Below are positions 63,446-64,000 of a DNA stretch of 64,000 nt, one piece after another. Positions within the stretch are counted from its first letter, which is position 1. Every line of letters begins with the position of its first letter. Below the pieces are notes generated by a model that saw only the letters and a list, made by a program, of their open reading frames with translations, did not search any database and was not told where the DNA came from. The stretch comes from Bacilli bacterium (GTDB taxonomy: Bacteria > Bacillota_I > Bacilli_A > ML615J-28 > CAG-698), in NCBI GenBank assembly GCA_050953065.1, contig JBMNLZ010000002.1, positions 1 through 64,000 of the forward strand. The letters run 5' to 3'. The position numbers were made by a program, and so were the translations under genes.

Positions 63446-64000
63446 TTACCATTTAACAGCTTTATTAGCCGAACCAAAAACACCAATCTTTTCTTTAACA
63501 GCCGCAGTAATTCCTTTTGCAGCAGGGCCTAAGATTTTTCTTGGATCATATACTTTAGAATCATTAGCAAGTAATGCTCTTAATTCGCGAGCAAACGCTA
63601 ATTGGCATTCAGTGTTAACATTAATTTTGCATGTTCCACAAGCAATAGCTTTTTTAATTTTTTCATCAGGAATACCAGTTCCACCATGTAATACTAAAGG
63701 AAGACGAGTAGCATTCATAATTTGTTCCATTTCTTTAAAACCTAAAACAGGTTCACCTTTATAAGGACCATGAACACTTCCTAAAGCTGGAGCTAAAGTA
63801 TCAATACCAGTTTCTTGAACTAACTTAACGCATTCATTAACATCAGCATATTTAATTCCATCACCAACAACATCATCTTCTTGTCCCCCAACAGTACCAA
63901 GTTCAGCCTCAACTGTAACTCCTCTGTTATGTGCATAATCAACAACTTCTTTTGTAATTCTAATATTTTCTGCTAATGGATGTTGAGATGCATCAATCAT
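63446..64000 (-). CDS. fba: Class II fructose-1,6-bisphosphate aldolase (5' part outside the window)
   Basis: Motifs [31 protein letters not shown] and YDPRK. Confidence 0.95.
   Translation of the reverse strand: MIDASQHPLAENIRITKEVVDYAHNRGVTVEAELGTVGGQEDDVVGDGIKYADVNECVKLVQETGIDTLAPALGSVHGPYKGEPVLGFKEMEQIMNATRLPLVLHGGTGIPDEKIKKAIACGTCKINVNTECQLAFARELRALLANDSKVYDPRKILGPAAKGITAAVKEKIGVFGSANKAVKW

Noticed and set aside
1-64000. cas genes, tRNA/rRNA genes, transposases or integrases
   Set aside because: None recognised by eye. A covariance-model or HMM search would be needed to exclude short RNAs.

Overview
The window looks like three unrelated pieces of DNA joined end to end, most likely concatenated contigs. 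(1) About 1-18752 is Methanosarcina-like archaeal DNA. It carries DUF4139, PGF-pre-PGF, nucleotidyltransferase, frameshifted M20 amidohydrolase and GNAT genes, then an accessory zone bounded by copies of a 30-bp CRISPR repeat (mini-array 7419-7513, solitary copy 11453-11482). It ends in a long 37-bp-repeat CRISPR array (97 full repeats by my count, plus one truncated) with no cas genes in view. (2) About 18753-24108 is an AT-rich, densely packed, phage-like segment. Its operon reads as a ubiquitin-like conjugation cassette (putative Ubl fusion, E2-like, JAB/JAMM protease, ThiF/E1), followed by a hypothetical gene and a uracil-DNA glycosylase. (3) About 24109-64000 is a low-GC Bacilli/Acholeplasmatales-like chromosome. 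It holds four tandem Ig-stalk lipoproteins ending in peptidoglycan amidase domains, plus tpiA, pgk, a sugar ABC ATPase, soj, rsmG, mnmG, proBAC, LRR lipoproteins and fba. The strongest candidates for new biology are the phage-like Ubl/E2/JAB/E1 operon, the amidase-stalk array, and the 30-bp CRISPR locus split by about 3.9 kb of foreign-looking DNA. All taxonomy and family calls come from motif recognition, not database searches.
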